This document shows, piece by piece, positions 8,700-18,856 of a DNA stretch of 64,000 nt (positions are counted from its first letter, which is position 1; the number at the start of each line of letters is the position of its first letter). Source of the DNA: a bacterium (lineage in GTDB: Bacteria > Fidelibacterota > Marinisomatia > Marinisomatales > JAHJCW01). The notes beneath the pieces are model-generated. The model worked only from the letters and a program-made list of their open reading frames with translations. It made no database searches and had not been told where the DNA came from. Location of the stretch: the NCBI GenBank assembly GCA_028282845.1, contig JANQGY010000015.1:155207-219206 (forward strand), in the 5' to 3' direction. The translations under genes were made by a program, and so were the position numbers.

Positions 8700-10876
8700 T
8701 CCGTTACATCTGAATATTCAATAATACCAAAACCATAAATTTCTGTTTTTGGTAGTTCAATTTGAACCAATTTTTCTCCTTTATACAGCCGAGTTTTAAA
8801 GTCAATTGGTTTTAATTCATCCAATTCTCCTGAATAAGTAATATTCAAAATCTTCCTATCATTCGGTACTCGAATTTGCACTTTTAAATTATTCTTGACA
8901 GATAACTCGCCAAGCAAAGTAACGTCATAATTAACTAAATGAAAAAGCAGTTCATTCCTTTTATTATCCATTGTACTTAATTCAACTAAACTTTTACTAT
9001 TAACAATTTGCGTAAGGCCATCGCTAGTTATTTCTATCAGCAGATCAACCAGTTTATTTAATATGCTTTTTAATTCAGGATGTATGTTACCCCTAGTATA
9101 TGCTTCAGGGATATCAGGAAATACATCTGCCATTGATGGACCAAAAGTTGTTACATTTTCGGAATCAATCGTTTTTACAAGATACTTATGCTCGTCAGTT
9201 GGAACCGGTATATAACATACCAGACCATTCCCATATCTTTTTATAGATAATTTATCAGGATATTCATTTTTCGTAAATAGATGAGTAAACCGAACATCCT
9301 GATTTACATCATTCCACTCATCTTTTATGCCACTTTCCCCCATAATTATTACATTACCACCATTGTTGATGTAATCCGTTAGAATCTTCTGTTTGTCATA
9401 ATTTAATAATGGCAGATATGGTATAATGATGATCCGATATTTCGATAGGTCTTCGAGAATCAGATCGTCTTCAACAATCATAACATGGTTTAATCCATAA
9501 TCAGATAAAACTCTTGATGTCGTAAAGGCAAAACTCAGTTCATTGGCAAGATATTGATTAATTGAAGCAAGAATTGCAATATCACTTGTTAAATGAGCGC
9601 CCAATAAATGAGATTCGTTAGTTGATAGAAAATTATAGAATTCCGTTGCTCCCGGAGGTGTTTCTCTCTTCTCCCTAAAAATAGCATGATTTGCAACGGC
9701 TTCAGCAATGTTTATCTGTGACATTAAACTTAAGGTTGAAAGTGATGTATCGGGAAATATCGGTTTGGTTATTTCGGTTGCATATACGATTACAGGTTTA
9801 CCATGTGAAACTGCCGCAAGAAATTTGATTCCGGGTGAATTAGTTATCCTAATTCCATCCTTATTCTTTCGAGGCGCATTGTCAAGATATTCTTGCATCT
9901 CTGAATAAATGAAATCATCATATCCTTCTCTTCCCAACATTTCCATATTTCCTGCTGCATCATAGGCAATAGGACCAAATCCAAATCCACCAAATACATT
10001 TCCACTTATCATAAAATGTGGATTGACTTCACGTGCTTCAGCTCTTAAAGTTTTATGAAATTTTGCTACGGTATATCCTCGAAATCTAAGCCATTCCATC
10101 CAGTAATCTTGTCCAAAAGCAGTGGGTGGAACAATTGTAGAGTAGTCATGATTTAGATACTTATTTTTCGCTGTTTCAACAGGCAAATTTATCTTTAAGT
10201 AATTTTTAAACTCTTCTGAACAATGTGCGCAATAACATGTTCCACCCGCGATTTGCGTCCAATCAACATAAGAACCATCAATTCCGGTTTCAGCTTGTGC
10301 CCTGATTCTACCTTTCATCATTTTTATATAATCAGGATTATTCGGGCAGCCCCAAGTCTCAAATCCTTCATCCGGAGTTCTTCCGTAGGGTGCATATCTA
10401 TAAAAAGGGAAAGTATTATCCGGGCGTCTTGTTATCCAGGATTTAGGATCTAACGTCGGTTTAGGGCCGATATAATCTTCAAATTCCGACCAATTATCAT
10501 TATAAAAATCCAAGAAATCAATTTCGCTTTCCTTGGGGATATCTTGACTATTTTGTGTTTCTCCGTTCAATGAGGTTGATAGATATCTTAAAACAATATA
10601 TCCATCTTGATGATATTCATCATTGAAGGCTTTCGCCTCTATCATAGAATTATCAAATTCTACTCTCGAGACATATTCAAAATTCGGTGCTCCACTGCCA
10701 AAAGTTACCGTCATTTTATTTTTTTCTAGAAAATCTTTATCAGACCGATGTCCTAATCTCCAATGACCCCAATCAGCCATGGGCACCCATTTTTCACTTT
10801 TCTCAAGAGTACAACTAGCGCTAAAAACAAATATTATAAAAATAAAAAATCTAAATTTTTGTCTTTTAACCAACAT
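8696..10876 (-). CDS. Putative glycoside hydrolase (GH42/GHL6-like TIM barrel + trimerisation-like domain), lipoprotein
   Basis: Lipobox SASC; GCPNNPDY, GIDGSYVDW, CYCAHC Zn motif, LSKYRIIIIP...YINNGGNVII flavodoxin-like domain. Confidence 0.65.
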   Translation of the reverse strand: MLVKRQKFRFFIFIIFVFSASCTLEKSEKWVPMADWGHWRLGHRSDKDFLEKNKMTVTFGSGAPNFEYVSRVEFDNSMIEAKAFNDEYHQDGYIVLRYLSTSLNGETQNSQDIPKESEIDFLDFYNDNWSEFEDYIGPKPTLDPKSWITRRPDNTFPFYRYAPYGRTPDEGFETWGCPNNPDYIKMMKGRIRAQAETGIDGSYVDWTQIAGGTCYCAHCSEEFKNYLKINLPVETAKNKYLNHDYSTIVPPTAFGQDYWMEWLRFRGYTVAKFHKTLRAEAREVNPHFMISGNVFGGFGFGPIAYDAAGNMEMLGREGYDDFIYSEMQEYLDNAPRKNKDGIRITNSPGIKFLAAVSHGKPVIVYATEITKPIFPDTSLSTLSLMSQINIAEAVANHAIFREKRETPPGATEFYNFLSTNESHLLGAHLTSDIAILASINQYLANELSFAFTTSRVLSDYGLNHVMIVEDDLILEDLSKYRIIIIPYLPLLNYDKQKILTDYINNGGNVIIMGESGIKDEWNDVNQDVRFTHLFTKNEYPDKLSIKRYGNGLVCYIPVPTDEHKYLVKTIDSENVTTFGPSMADVFPDIPEAYTRGNIHPELKSILNKLVDLLIEITSDGLTQIVNSKSLVELSTMDNKRNELLFHLVNYDVTLLGELSVKNNLKVQIRVPNDRKILNITYSGELDELKPIDFKTRLYKGEKLVQIELPKTEIYGFGIIEYSDVTE

Positions 10877-10971
10877 TCTCTTCCTTTAAGTTTATATACT
10901 CGCCCGGTTAAATCTATTTCTTATGCTAATATTTCATCCAATCTAACCATTTTTGTTTTTCATATACTGTA

Positions 10972-12987
10972 TTATTCGTACCAAATAACTCCACCTTCAT
11001 TGACTGGAGGAATTTCAACGAAATATTTATCTTCATCATTAATTATTTGAAGTATAGTTTTTTCTCCAAGAAAAGGTAAATATGATACTTTAACATTCTT
11101 TTTATTATTTGGGAGGAATAATCGTATTCCTTTGACAGGTTTTTGTTTACTATTCCTATTTGCTTCTAATCCGGTCAAATTTGTTAAGAAAATGTGCGGT
11201 TTATTAGCAACATTAGTTATTTGTGCAGCAATATATGGAGGAGCATCAAGAACATGCCTATTCGCGCTAATATTTAAATAATCTATATCATTCAAGAATT
11301 TTTGTATTTTTGAATAGAAATTTGATCCTTTATACCAGCCTACGCGACTGTTCACATTATATTCATATTTACTTTGCTTAAAATATTCTGATCCGGGACA
11401 ATTCTTATAATAAACAAATGTTTTGTTCGGGCAATATTCGACATCTGATATAGCATTTATGCTGAATAATATTTCGTTTGCCAAGAAATTATTATCACGA
11501 AGTTCTCTTTTTTCATCATACTCACCTAATTCACCGCTAATAATAAACTTGGTTCCGTTCTCATGCAGATCCGAGATTTGACTTAACTCGTCATCACTTA
11601 AGCAAAAAACGTTCGGAAGAATTAATATATTTCCATTGTACTTATCAATCGTTCTAGGAGTCACTATTTCAAATTCCCGATGTCCCGTAAGTAATAGATG
11701 CATATATCCAAAAAATGATTTAATATATTCGCCGGGGAAGTAATTTCGTGATTTAGGTGAGAAGTATATACCTATTGGATTTTCAGCATTTCTAGGTTTA
11801 TAGAATACATCTTCATATTTATCAATCCATTCAAAAATTTTTGTACGAGTAGCAATATCATTCGATCCTGACATTACATGTCCGCGGGCATCCCAAGTAT
11901 TGTTACCAGCCATCACATGGGATAGTATCATATTCTCCATTGCTTCGGAGATTTCTACGCCCTCATTTTCATCCCAAGAATAACTTAGCATCCACGATGC
12001 CTTTCCTTCGGCAAAAGCCCTGAAAGTATACATTCCTGCTAAATATGATACCCAGTCAAATGGGGATCTTTCAGCCGCCGTATAACCACCCTCACTATAT
12101 TCGTGTGCAATTGCATCTACAACTTGATACATCTCATATACATCTGCACCTACCCTAACAGCATCGTCACCTAATCCAGGATATACTTCGGCAATTGTCA
12201 TACAATTTGGATTAACGTATTTAACATTCTTATCTACTTCCTTCATAAATTGGGTTAATACATCAATTCTAAAATCAATCCATTTTATAAAATTCGGATC
12301 TTCATAATTGCCAAGTTGAATATCAGTTTTGGCGTCAATTCCGGTTAATTCTTTAAATGCTGCAACAGTGTAGTCATCAAAACTCGCCCAGGTATCCCAC
12401 CAACCTTCGAAATGAGTCATCCAATATGGGATATCAACATGAATTCCATCAATTCCAGTTTCAGCGATCTGTCTAACTCTTTCCATGTATATTTCTTTCC
12501 ATTCCGTAGCAAACGGGGAAATCCAGCTATCTTCATCACCTTCGCTGATCCAAAAAGCATGTTCTTCTCCGAAAACAGCCGGATCACCATCAATGTTTCT
12601 TTGAACCCAATCGGGGTGATCTTTAAAAAATGTATGCTCCTTAGAATCAGATTCAGTTGTTATTATTTCAAGTCCTTCGATATAAACAAAAATACGGTTA
12701 TCAGCAGCATGAGCTGCGTCTGTTGCCATTTTGATTGCTTTTAATTTTTCATCAGGATTCAAAAAACTTGAATAATAACCGGTTAAACTATTGTCAATCT
12801 CAATTCCATACACATTGCTTTCTGTTGCACTCGCAATCACTTCATCAACATTATCTTGATTTATTCCATGCCCGGCAATACGAACATAATGCGTCCAATT
12901 TTGTTTATCTGATTTTTTTTCGTTGCAAGAAAACAAGCAGAACATTCCCAATATTACTGTTACAGCTAATAATGATACTTTTTTCAT
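10972..12987 (-). CDS. Putative glycoside hydrolase (TIM barrel + trimerisation-like domain), lipoprotein
   Basis: Lipobox LFSC; FFKDHPDWVQR, TGIDGIHVDIPY, W..FR, ILILPNVFCLSDDE. Confidence 0.65.
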   Translation of the reverse strand: MKKVSLLAVTVILGMFCLFSCNEKKSDKQNWTHYVRIAGHGINQDNVDEVIASATESNVYGIEIDNSLTGYYSSFLNPDEKLKAIKMATDAAHAADNRIFVYIEGLEIITTESDSKEHTFFKDHPDWVQRNIDGDPAVFGEEHAFWISEGDEDSWISPFATEWKEIYMERVRQIAETGIDGIHVDIPYWMTHFEGWWDTWASFDDYTVAAFKELTGIDAKTDIQLGNYEDPNFIKWIDFRIDVLTQFMKEVDKNVKYVNPNCMTIAEVYPGLGDDAVRVGADVYEMYQVVDAIAHEYSEGGYTAAERSPFDWVSYLAGMYTFRAFAEGKASWMLSYSWDENEGVEISEAMENMILSHVMAGNNTWDARGHVMSGSNDIATRTKIFEWIDKYEDVFYKPRNAENPIGIYFSPKSRNYFPGEYIKSFFGYMHLLLTGHREFEIVTPRTIDKYNGNILILPNVFCLSDDELSQISDLHENGTKFIISGELGEYDEKRELRDNNFLANEILFSINAISDVEYCPNKTFVYYKNCPGSEYFKQSKYEYNVNSRVGWYKGSNFYSKIQKFLNDIDYLNISANRHVLDAPPYIAAQITNVANKPHIFLTNLTGLEANRNSKQKPVKGIRLFLPNNKKNVKVSYLPFLGEKTILQIINDEDKYFVEIPPVNEGGVIWYE

Positions 12988-13001
12988 TTTTAAACCCTTG
13001 T

Positions 13002-14543
13002 TTAACCTCTTGTTGGTCTTAATGTTAATGAATTATCTTCGTTCGTTTTTTGATGACACGCCCATTGAACCGGATACTTAATACCCTTAACAATGATCTC
13101 GGCTTTCACTTTTAAACCTTTCCAATCTGTACCGGGCGGTAGCATAATTTGAGCTTGTCTTACCTTGCCGGGTTTCGGATAACCTGCATCTAAACATCCT
13201 GAAACTTCAATATTCCTTTTTTCATCAAATACGGTTAAACACAGTACTCCGGGAACTCCTGCGAGACCATCATTAACCATACCAAATATCAATCCAGGAT
13301 GATTATTCCTTTCAAAATGCCAAATCCATGACGGCCTAACCCGGTATCCGATGTTTCTTGCCATTTCATCAATTGTTTCCGGATACTGATTGTAATACCT
13401 CAAAATATTTTCAGATGATATATTATGCCAATTCCAAAGTGACATGTAATGAGGGCTTACATCCTTAATATGAGAAATCATTCTATCTGTATAAGGTATC
13501 CCTTCTTCTATTCGCAACGAATCCGGTGTCCCGTCCGACATTCCTGCTTCAATAGTCGCACCACACCAAACCGGCCTATTGCTTAGCGCCTCAATTTGTC
13601 GATTCTCGATGTAAATCGTGTCAGTTCTTAGCCAATTATGGCTCCTGATAGTTCTATCCAAAACCTCTGAATTACCTACCCTACTCCAATCCGGTTGAGT
13701 GTTGGTAGTTAATGGAGTTTTATCCCAAATTTCATTTTGTATTTCAAACATTTTAACTGAGGTGTTTTCTGCAATAGTATAATCTGGGAAAGGATTACCT
13801 TTAAATGGCCAGGTATGACCTTCACCCCAAAATCCATACATAAATGTGTCAATGTATTCCACGTCAGGATGACCGTTATATTTATCGGCTAAAAGTTGAT
13901 TTAACTCGGTATATGCTCTTATAAATTCCGGATGATCATAGCGTGGAGCGTAATGTACTTTACCTTTAATACCAATTTCGTCAGTGGTACCTAATTTCAC
14001 AAAAGAAATTTTGTCAGCTAGAAAATCCGGGACAGAATGTGGTTCAATAACCGGACTCATCAACTGAACTCTAAAACCAACTCTTTTTCCGTATTGTTTT
14101 GCAAGATCAAAAGCGATTTTCCAATGCTCAGGCAGATTCAATTTGCCCGGCTGTTTCTGTACGTCTCTCCAATCGACACGGATATAAATCTTAGAAGCAA
14201 ATGGAATTTTTACTAGATCTTCTAATGCTTTTTCCATGTCTTTACTATGTACTTTTGGTGGTCCAACTTCATCGCATAGATAAACTACCAGTCCCATGCC
14301 AAAATTTTGGATAATCTTTTTTGAAGCACTTGTAGCCATCACGACATGACTTCCAGGTACAACTACCTCCGGCTCATATATTGGAAAGGGCCCCTGATTA
14401 AGTCTCTTCTTTACCGCTGGTCCGGGGCCAAAATCATACCCATCCCAAATATGGGCAGGTACAAATCCGCTTAATCTACTTGTACCTAAACCCGCAGCTA
14501 TTGCCCCTAACCCACTCGCTTTCAAAAAACTTCTACGTTTCAT
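13002..14543 (-). CDS. Tat-exported DUF4832-like putative glycoside hydrolase
   Basis: MKRRSFLK twin-arginine signal; YIRVDWRDVQ, YGFWGEGH, IGYRVRP motifs shared with 7347-8699. Confidence 0.65.
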   Translation of the reverse strand: MKRRSFLKASGLGAIAAGLGTSRLSGFVPAHIWDGYDFGPGPAVKKRLNQGPFPIYEPEVVVPGSHVVMATSASKKIIQNFGMGLVVYLCDEVGPPKVHSKDMEKALEDLVKIPFASKIYIRVDWRDVQKQPGKLNLPEHWKIAFDLAKQYGKRVGFRVQLMSPVIEPHSVPDFLADKISFVKLGTTDEIGIKGKVHYAPRYDHPEFIRAYTELNQLLADKYNGHPDVEYIDTFMYGFWGEGHTWPFKGNPFPDYTIAENTSVKMFEIQNEIWDKTPLTTNTQPDWSRVGNSEVLDRTIRSHNWLRTDTIYIENRQIEALSNRPVWCGATIEAGMSDGTPDSLRIEEGIPYTDRMISHIKDVSPHYMSLWNWHNISSENILRYYNQYPETIDEMARNIGYRVRPSWIWHFERNNHPGLIFGMVNDGLAGVPGVLCLTVFDEKRNIEVSGCLDAGYPKPGKVRQAQIMLPPGTDWKGLKVKAEIIVKGIKYPVQWACHQKTNEDNSLTLRPTRG

Positions 14544-14552
14544 CTTTATTCG

Positions 14553-16649
14553 TTATTTAGGTACAGCTTTTAATAATAGAGATTCATCAAAGTTTATTTC
14601 TAATGTGGCATTTCTACCTTCAACTTGACCAAGATCAATATTATTTACATAATCAATTATTTTGTATTTTTCATCTGACAAACCACGTAATTCGACATTG
14701 CCACTAAACTTGTCTGCATAAAAACTATAATAAAATATTCTATCTTTTTCGATAACATGAGTTTCGGGATTATCATATCCAATATCATACAATTTGCCAA
14801 GATAAACTCCGGTGGAAATCATTTCATTATTATATATATCTAACCATTTTTTCCATATTTCTTCCTTCTCAGCAGTAAGAGCTATCTTAGATTCACTTGC
14901 CGGTTTTCCAAATCCTTCATTTATCTTTTCCTCGGGAGGCCAAGTAAATTTTGTCCCGATAACACCACCGATGCCAACAGTGGTTGCCCAATCATTTCGA
15001 CCGTCACTTAATTCAACATGGTCTCCATAATATGCAGTTCTATGTCCCATTAGTGCTCTCAATGTTTTTCCTTTATGCCTGATCTGCCATGAACTCTCGG
15101 GATCAGATGATACCGGCTGATTCATGTAAGGTAGAATGTAGAATGAGTAAGCCGTCCCGCAGGGGCATATTTCTACAACTGCCTCAGGATTAATTTCAAG
15201 CGCAGTTTCATAGATTAAACGAAAAAATTCCGGTACAGCTTCAACTGCTTCTTCCGGTCTTGCATGATTATGAAGTTTATTATAGCAAGGGGGAGCGCCG
15301 TTAAGGTGTTGACCGTCTATTTTTAGTCCATCATAACCCCAATCAGTCATAATTTTTTTCACAAGATTAACCGTGTATTCCTGTACAGGTTTATATGCCG
15401 GACAAAGATAGTATGAATCCCACCAAGTAATATCTTGAGTAGATCCGTCGCTATTTAACAATAGATAATCTTCGTGATTATTAATTAAGTCAGTACCGGG
15501 ATCTACTGCCATAGGTGCCCACCATAATTTTGCTTTCATACCATATTTGTGGATTTCATCTACAAATTTCCGCATATCAGCATCACCATTGGGAAATTTA
15601 TCTTTTAATAAATACCAATCGCCTTCCGCTGTTTGGTAACCATCATCCAACACTGCCCATTGGTAGCCCATCTCAGCTACTTTCGGTAGGGCGTTAAATA
15701 TCTGATCTGAAGTAAAATTTCTTTCAAATCCCCAAGCGCACCATATCGGCTCAAAAGCCGTATCGGGTGTTTCTTTAAATTTAATTCCCCTTTTAATCAT
15801 CAATTCGCGAAACGTTTCTAACGCAGCAAAATAATCGCCTTCATGTACTGTTACAAATGTTGTAAAAGTGTTGAATGACTCGTTTGCTCTAAGATTTATA
15901 TTCTTAACGTATTTTATACCGATATATGCACCTGAGGCGTCCGGCATGTTGACCGGTAGAGATACTAATTTAGGAACTAATTCTAAAAGTCCAACACCTA
16001 CCCCAAACCGACTATTCCATACATCGGATACAGGAGTTCCGCCACCATAGTCTGATGAGTTCATGCCCATATAATTCTGTTGTGCAAATCCTACATTTAA
16101 GGGCATCACCCAATCCGGTCTTTCGTCATAGGAGCCGCTTTGGTAAGACCAAAATGCCTCACCCTTTTGTTCAGGCAATACATTTATTTTGTATTGATTA
16201 TTTGTCCAACCATCAATTTGTAAATCATCTTCACTAATATTTCGATAATTAACATGATATACGATAGTATTAGGAAATTCATTATATGCTTTTGCAATAA
16301 TTGTCTTTTCAAGCTTATCAGTTTTTCCGACAACCTTGTATTGTTTTCCTTTGCCGATATCGTCATTTATATTAGATGATTTATTCGATTTAAATTCGAA
16401 TTTGCTTATATCCTTCCCATTAATTGTAACATATTCGGATAATGTAAAATCACCAATATCATTTTTTTGAGAACTAAGATTTGAAATGAGCTTACTTTGC
16501 ATTGATTCATCAAATACAATTTTTATATTTTTATTTTCTATTACTTTAGTATCTTGGTCAACCATCAGTGAATTATTGCCACATCCATATATTAATACTA
16601 ACAGGACAACCAAAAATGGTTTTACTATCATTAATTGTAAATTTGTCAT
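14553..16649 (-). CDS. GH36 alpha-galactosidase / alpha-galactosaminidase-like lipoprotein
   Basis: PIWCAWG, WAVLDDGYQTAEGDW, KFPNG, GLKIDGQ (nucleophile Asp), EICPCG, SSDP; lipobox IYGC. Confidence 0.85.
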   Translation of the reverse strand: MTNLQLMIVKPFLVVLLVLIYGCGNNSLMVDQDTKVIENKNIKIVFDESMQSKLISNLSSQKNDIGDFTLSEYVTINGKDISKFEFKSNKSSNINDDIGKGKQYKVVGKTDKLEKTIIAKAYNEFPNTIVYHVNYRNISEDDLQIDGWTNNQYKINVLPEQKGEAFWSYQSGSYDERPDWVMPLNVGFAQQNYMGMNSSDYGGGTPVSDVWNSRFGVGVGLLELVPKLVSLPVNMPDASGAYIGIKYVKNINLRANESFNTFTTFVTVHEGDYFAALETFRELMIKRGIKFKETPDTAFEPIWCAWGFERNFTSDQIFNALPKVAEMGYQWAVLDDGYQTAEGDWYLLKDKFPNGDADMRKFVDEIHKYGMKAKLWWAPMAVDPGTDLINNHEDYLLLNSDGSTQDITWWDSYYLCPAYKPVQEYTVNLVKKIMTDWGYDGLKIDGQHLNGAPPCYNKLHNHARPEEAVEAVPEFFRLIYETALEINPEAVVEICPCGTAYSFYILPYMNQPVSSDPESSWQIRHKGKTLRALMGHRTAYYGDHVELSDGRNDWATTVGIGGVIGTKFTWPPEEKINEGFGKPASESKIALTAEKEEIWKKWLDIYNNEMISTGVYLGKLYDIGYDNPETHVIEKDRIFYYSFYADKFSGNVELRGLSDEKYKIIDYVNNIDLGQVEGRNATLEINFDESLLLKAVPK

Positions 16650-16666
16650 GTCTCCTCCTAAAATAT

Positions 16667-17761
16667 TTATTTTTTGTTTAAAATCTTAAGTGCATTCTTT
16701 TTATAAATCTTCTTTAATATATTGTCTTCTAAACCGAATCCATTTAGTGCCCAGTGGTACCCAAATTGATCTGTTTCGTAAAAATGTTCATCGTCGGTTT
16801 CTAATATTCTAAATGTGATTTTGTACATTTCCTTATCGAAACCCATGTCAGTTCCATACAATAAACGACTCTGATATTTTTTGTAAAACTCTGCGACAAA
16901 TCTTGGAATCGGAGCCGTCTCAGCATATCTTGCAGAGATATCAGCATATAGATTTGGATAAATGTCTAACAACCTACCCAGTATGGATAAATCGTGTGAG
17001 CAATTTGCAAAATGACAGGCAATGAATGTTGTCTTTGGGTGCCTTTTTATGGCATTTTCAAGGGTCGTAATCATATCACCATGGTTTAGTATATCGGGCT
17101 TATTATCGAGTCTCCATGTAAATGCATTTGGTAACCCATCGTTTGTATTATCCATTTTTTCATACATCCATATTGGTTCAGCTACGTGTATGTTAATTGG
17201 CATATCTAGCTCAGCGCATTTTTCTAATAACGGGTCCATTCTTGGATCATCAATATGAATACCATTAGACGGCACTGGGTAACTATAGAATAGTCCCCAC
17301 CCTTTATCACCTAACTCTCCAACACCAGTGGCTCCAACCTTATGGCATCTTTCAAGTTCAGCTACAGCATTTTTTTGCCATCCTTCTTTATCGCTACCCG
17401 TAAAATCAAAACCGCACCATATTTCAAACCGATCTTCATATTTTGAATACAAAGTATATACAGAATCAAATTTTGCTCCGGTCAATGTTGAAAGAATTAC
17501 AGTTTTTTCAATACCCAACTCGTCCATATTTTTTGCCCAGAGATCAACATCTGCCTCCGTTTCAGGATAAGCATGCGAATGCATATCTATGACTGGGAAC
17601 TTTGCTTTTTTTATGTCAGTTCTTGGAATATTATAGATTGATCTTGGTCTAAAATCTTTAACTAATAAAGTATCAAGCAAACTTTGAGAATAGCCTATTG
17701 TTGTCAAAAAAATAATATTGATTAATATTAATCGCATGCTTATTAATTCCTCTTTATTCAA
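16667..17761 (-). CDS. Amidohydrolase_2 family metallo-hydrolase, exported
   Basis: IDMHSH, PINIHVAEP, FIACHFAN, LYADISAR, RLLYGTD; hydrophobic signal peptide. Confidence 0.85.
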   Translation of the reverse strand: MNKEELISMRLILINIIFLTTIGYSQSLLDTLLVKDFRPRSIYNIPRTDIKKAKFPVIDMHSHAYPETEADVDLWAKNMDELGIEKTVILSTLTGAKFDSVYTLYSKYEDRFEIWCGFDFTGSDKEGWQKNAVAELERCHKVGATGVGELGDKGWGLFYSYPVPSNGIHIDDPRMDPLLEKCAELDMPINIHVAEPIWMYEKMDNTNDGLPNAFTWRLDNKPDILNHGDMITTLENAIKRHPKTTFIACHFANCSHDLSILGRLLDIYPNLYADISARYAETAPIPRFVAEFYKKYQSRLLYGTDMGFDKEMYKITFRILETDDEHFYETDQFGYHWALNGFGLEDNILKKIYKKNALKILNKK

Positions 17762-18761
17762 GTATTAGCAATTTAGTTGTTTGTGTTCGATGCTGATTTA
17801 TTATTGATACAAAATACATACCGGTTTTTAAATCCTTAATCGGAAGATGAAACGGAGCAGTCTTCTCGTCTGCATTAAATGTTCTTGAGTATATTTCTTT
17901 TCCCAGAATGGAATATATTTTTATTTTATATTTTTCATTAGGTAAAAATTCAACCTTGAATGATACATTGGCATTATACGTATTTTTACTAATTGGGTTA
18001 GGATAAATTGAAAAATTGGTGTGCTTATTTAATCCTTTTTCATCTTTTACTCTTAAGTTATTTGGAAATAAGTCCTCTTGTCTGCTACTAATTCTTACCT
18101 CATCTATCCAACCCTCAAAATCTTTAATGGAAGGTTTTTGCGTATCACTCCTATACCATGCTCCAATTGCTAAAGGATCATCATTCATTAATGGTACTTT
18201 ATCAAAAACTATTGATTCGGTTGGATTTGTTGTATTCTCATTCCAAAAATGAACTACTTGACTATTATAATCATAGTATGCAGCAATAAATTGCCATTGC
18301 CCCGTTTCAATAGTAAAATTGCTTGAAACGTAATGAGCCTGATCATTGGCGTCGCGAATTAAAAATTCGATTTTTTTTGTTGTCTGAATTCTTAGAGCAT
18401 AATTAGTTGTTTTTGGTGATATAAATTGATCGCCTTTTGTGACAAGAAAATGAACGTTATTAATAATTTTTGGATATATCCAAAGTGATATTCCAATATT
18501 TTCACTATTAAAATCTAAATCAGGATCATCTTCTACCAGGAAGTAGTCATATCCTCCAGGTGTTTCAAGATCTAAGTAAGAACCACTAATACCATTTTCT
18601 GAGCTAAAGTGTGCAGAATTGATCAATGTACCAGCATTATTAACCGAATCCCAATCTGCGTTATCATCGCCATTAGCGGAAAATGACCAGAAACCGCCCT
18701 TACTTTGAGTATACAAAACCGAAACAAAGATAAATGACAATATGTAAATATATCTCACCAT
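17754..18761 (-). CDS. LamG/ConA-like domain protein with T9SS-type C-terminal sorting domain
   Basis: ISLWIYP, GQWQFIAAYYD, LAIGA, FEGWIDEVRIS; C-terminal IYPNP...IYSILGKEI...LKTGMYFV...TTKLLI. Start set at ATG 18761 (GGAG RBS). Confidence 0.8.
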   Translation of the reverse strand: MVRYIYILSFIFVSVLYTQSKGGFWSFSANGDDNADWDSVNNAGTLINSAHFSSENGISGSYLDLETPGGYDYFLVEDDPDLDFNSENIGISLWIYPKIINNVHFLVTKGDQFISPKTTNYALRIQTTKKIEFLIRDANDQAHYVSSNFTIETGQWQFIAAYYDYNSQVVHFWNENTTNPTESIVFDKVPLMNDDPLAIGAWYRSDTQKPSIKDFEGWIDEVRISSRQEDLFPNNLRVKDEKGLNKHTNFSIYPNPISKNTYNANVSFKVEFLPNEKYKIKIYSILGKEIYSRTFNADEKTAPFHLPIKDLKTGMYFVSIINQHRTQTTKLLILE

Positions 18762-18790
18762 ATCTATTCTCCAATTATTTAAAACAATAG

Positions 18791-18824
18791 ATAAGGCTCC
18801 CATCAATTTGAATAGGAGCCTTAT
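18791..18824. terminator. Intra-operon stem-loop (terminator or stability element)
   Basis: ATAAGGCTCC-N14-GGAGCCTTAT perfect 10-bp stem between the IPT and LamG genes. Confidence 0.7.
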
Positions 18825-18856
18825 TTTTCATTATGCGCGTGTACTCTTCGTTATAA

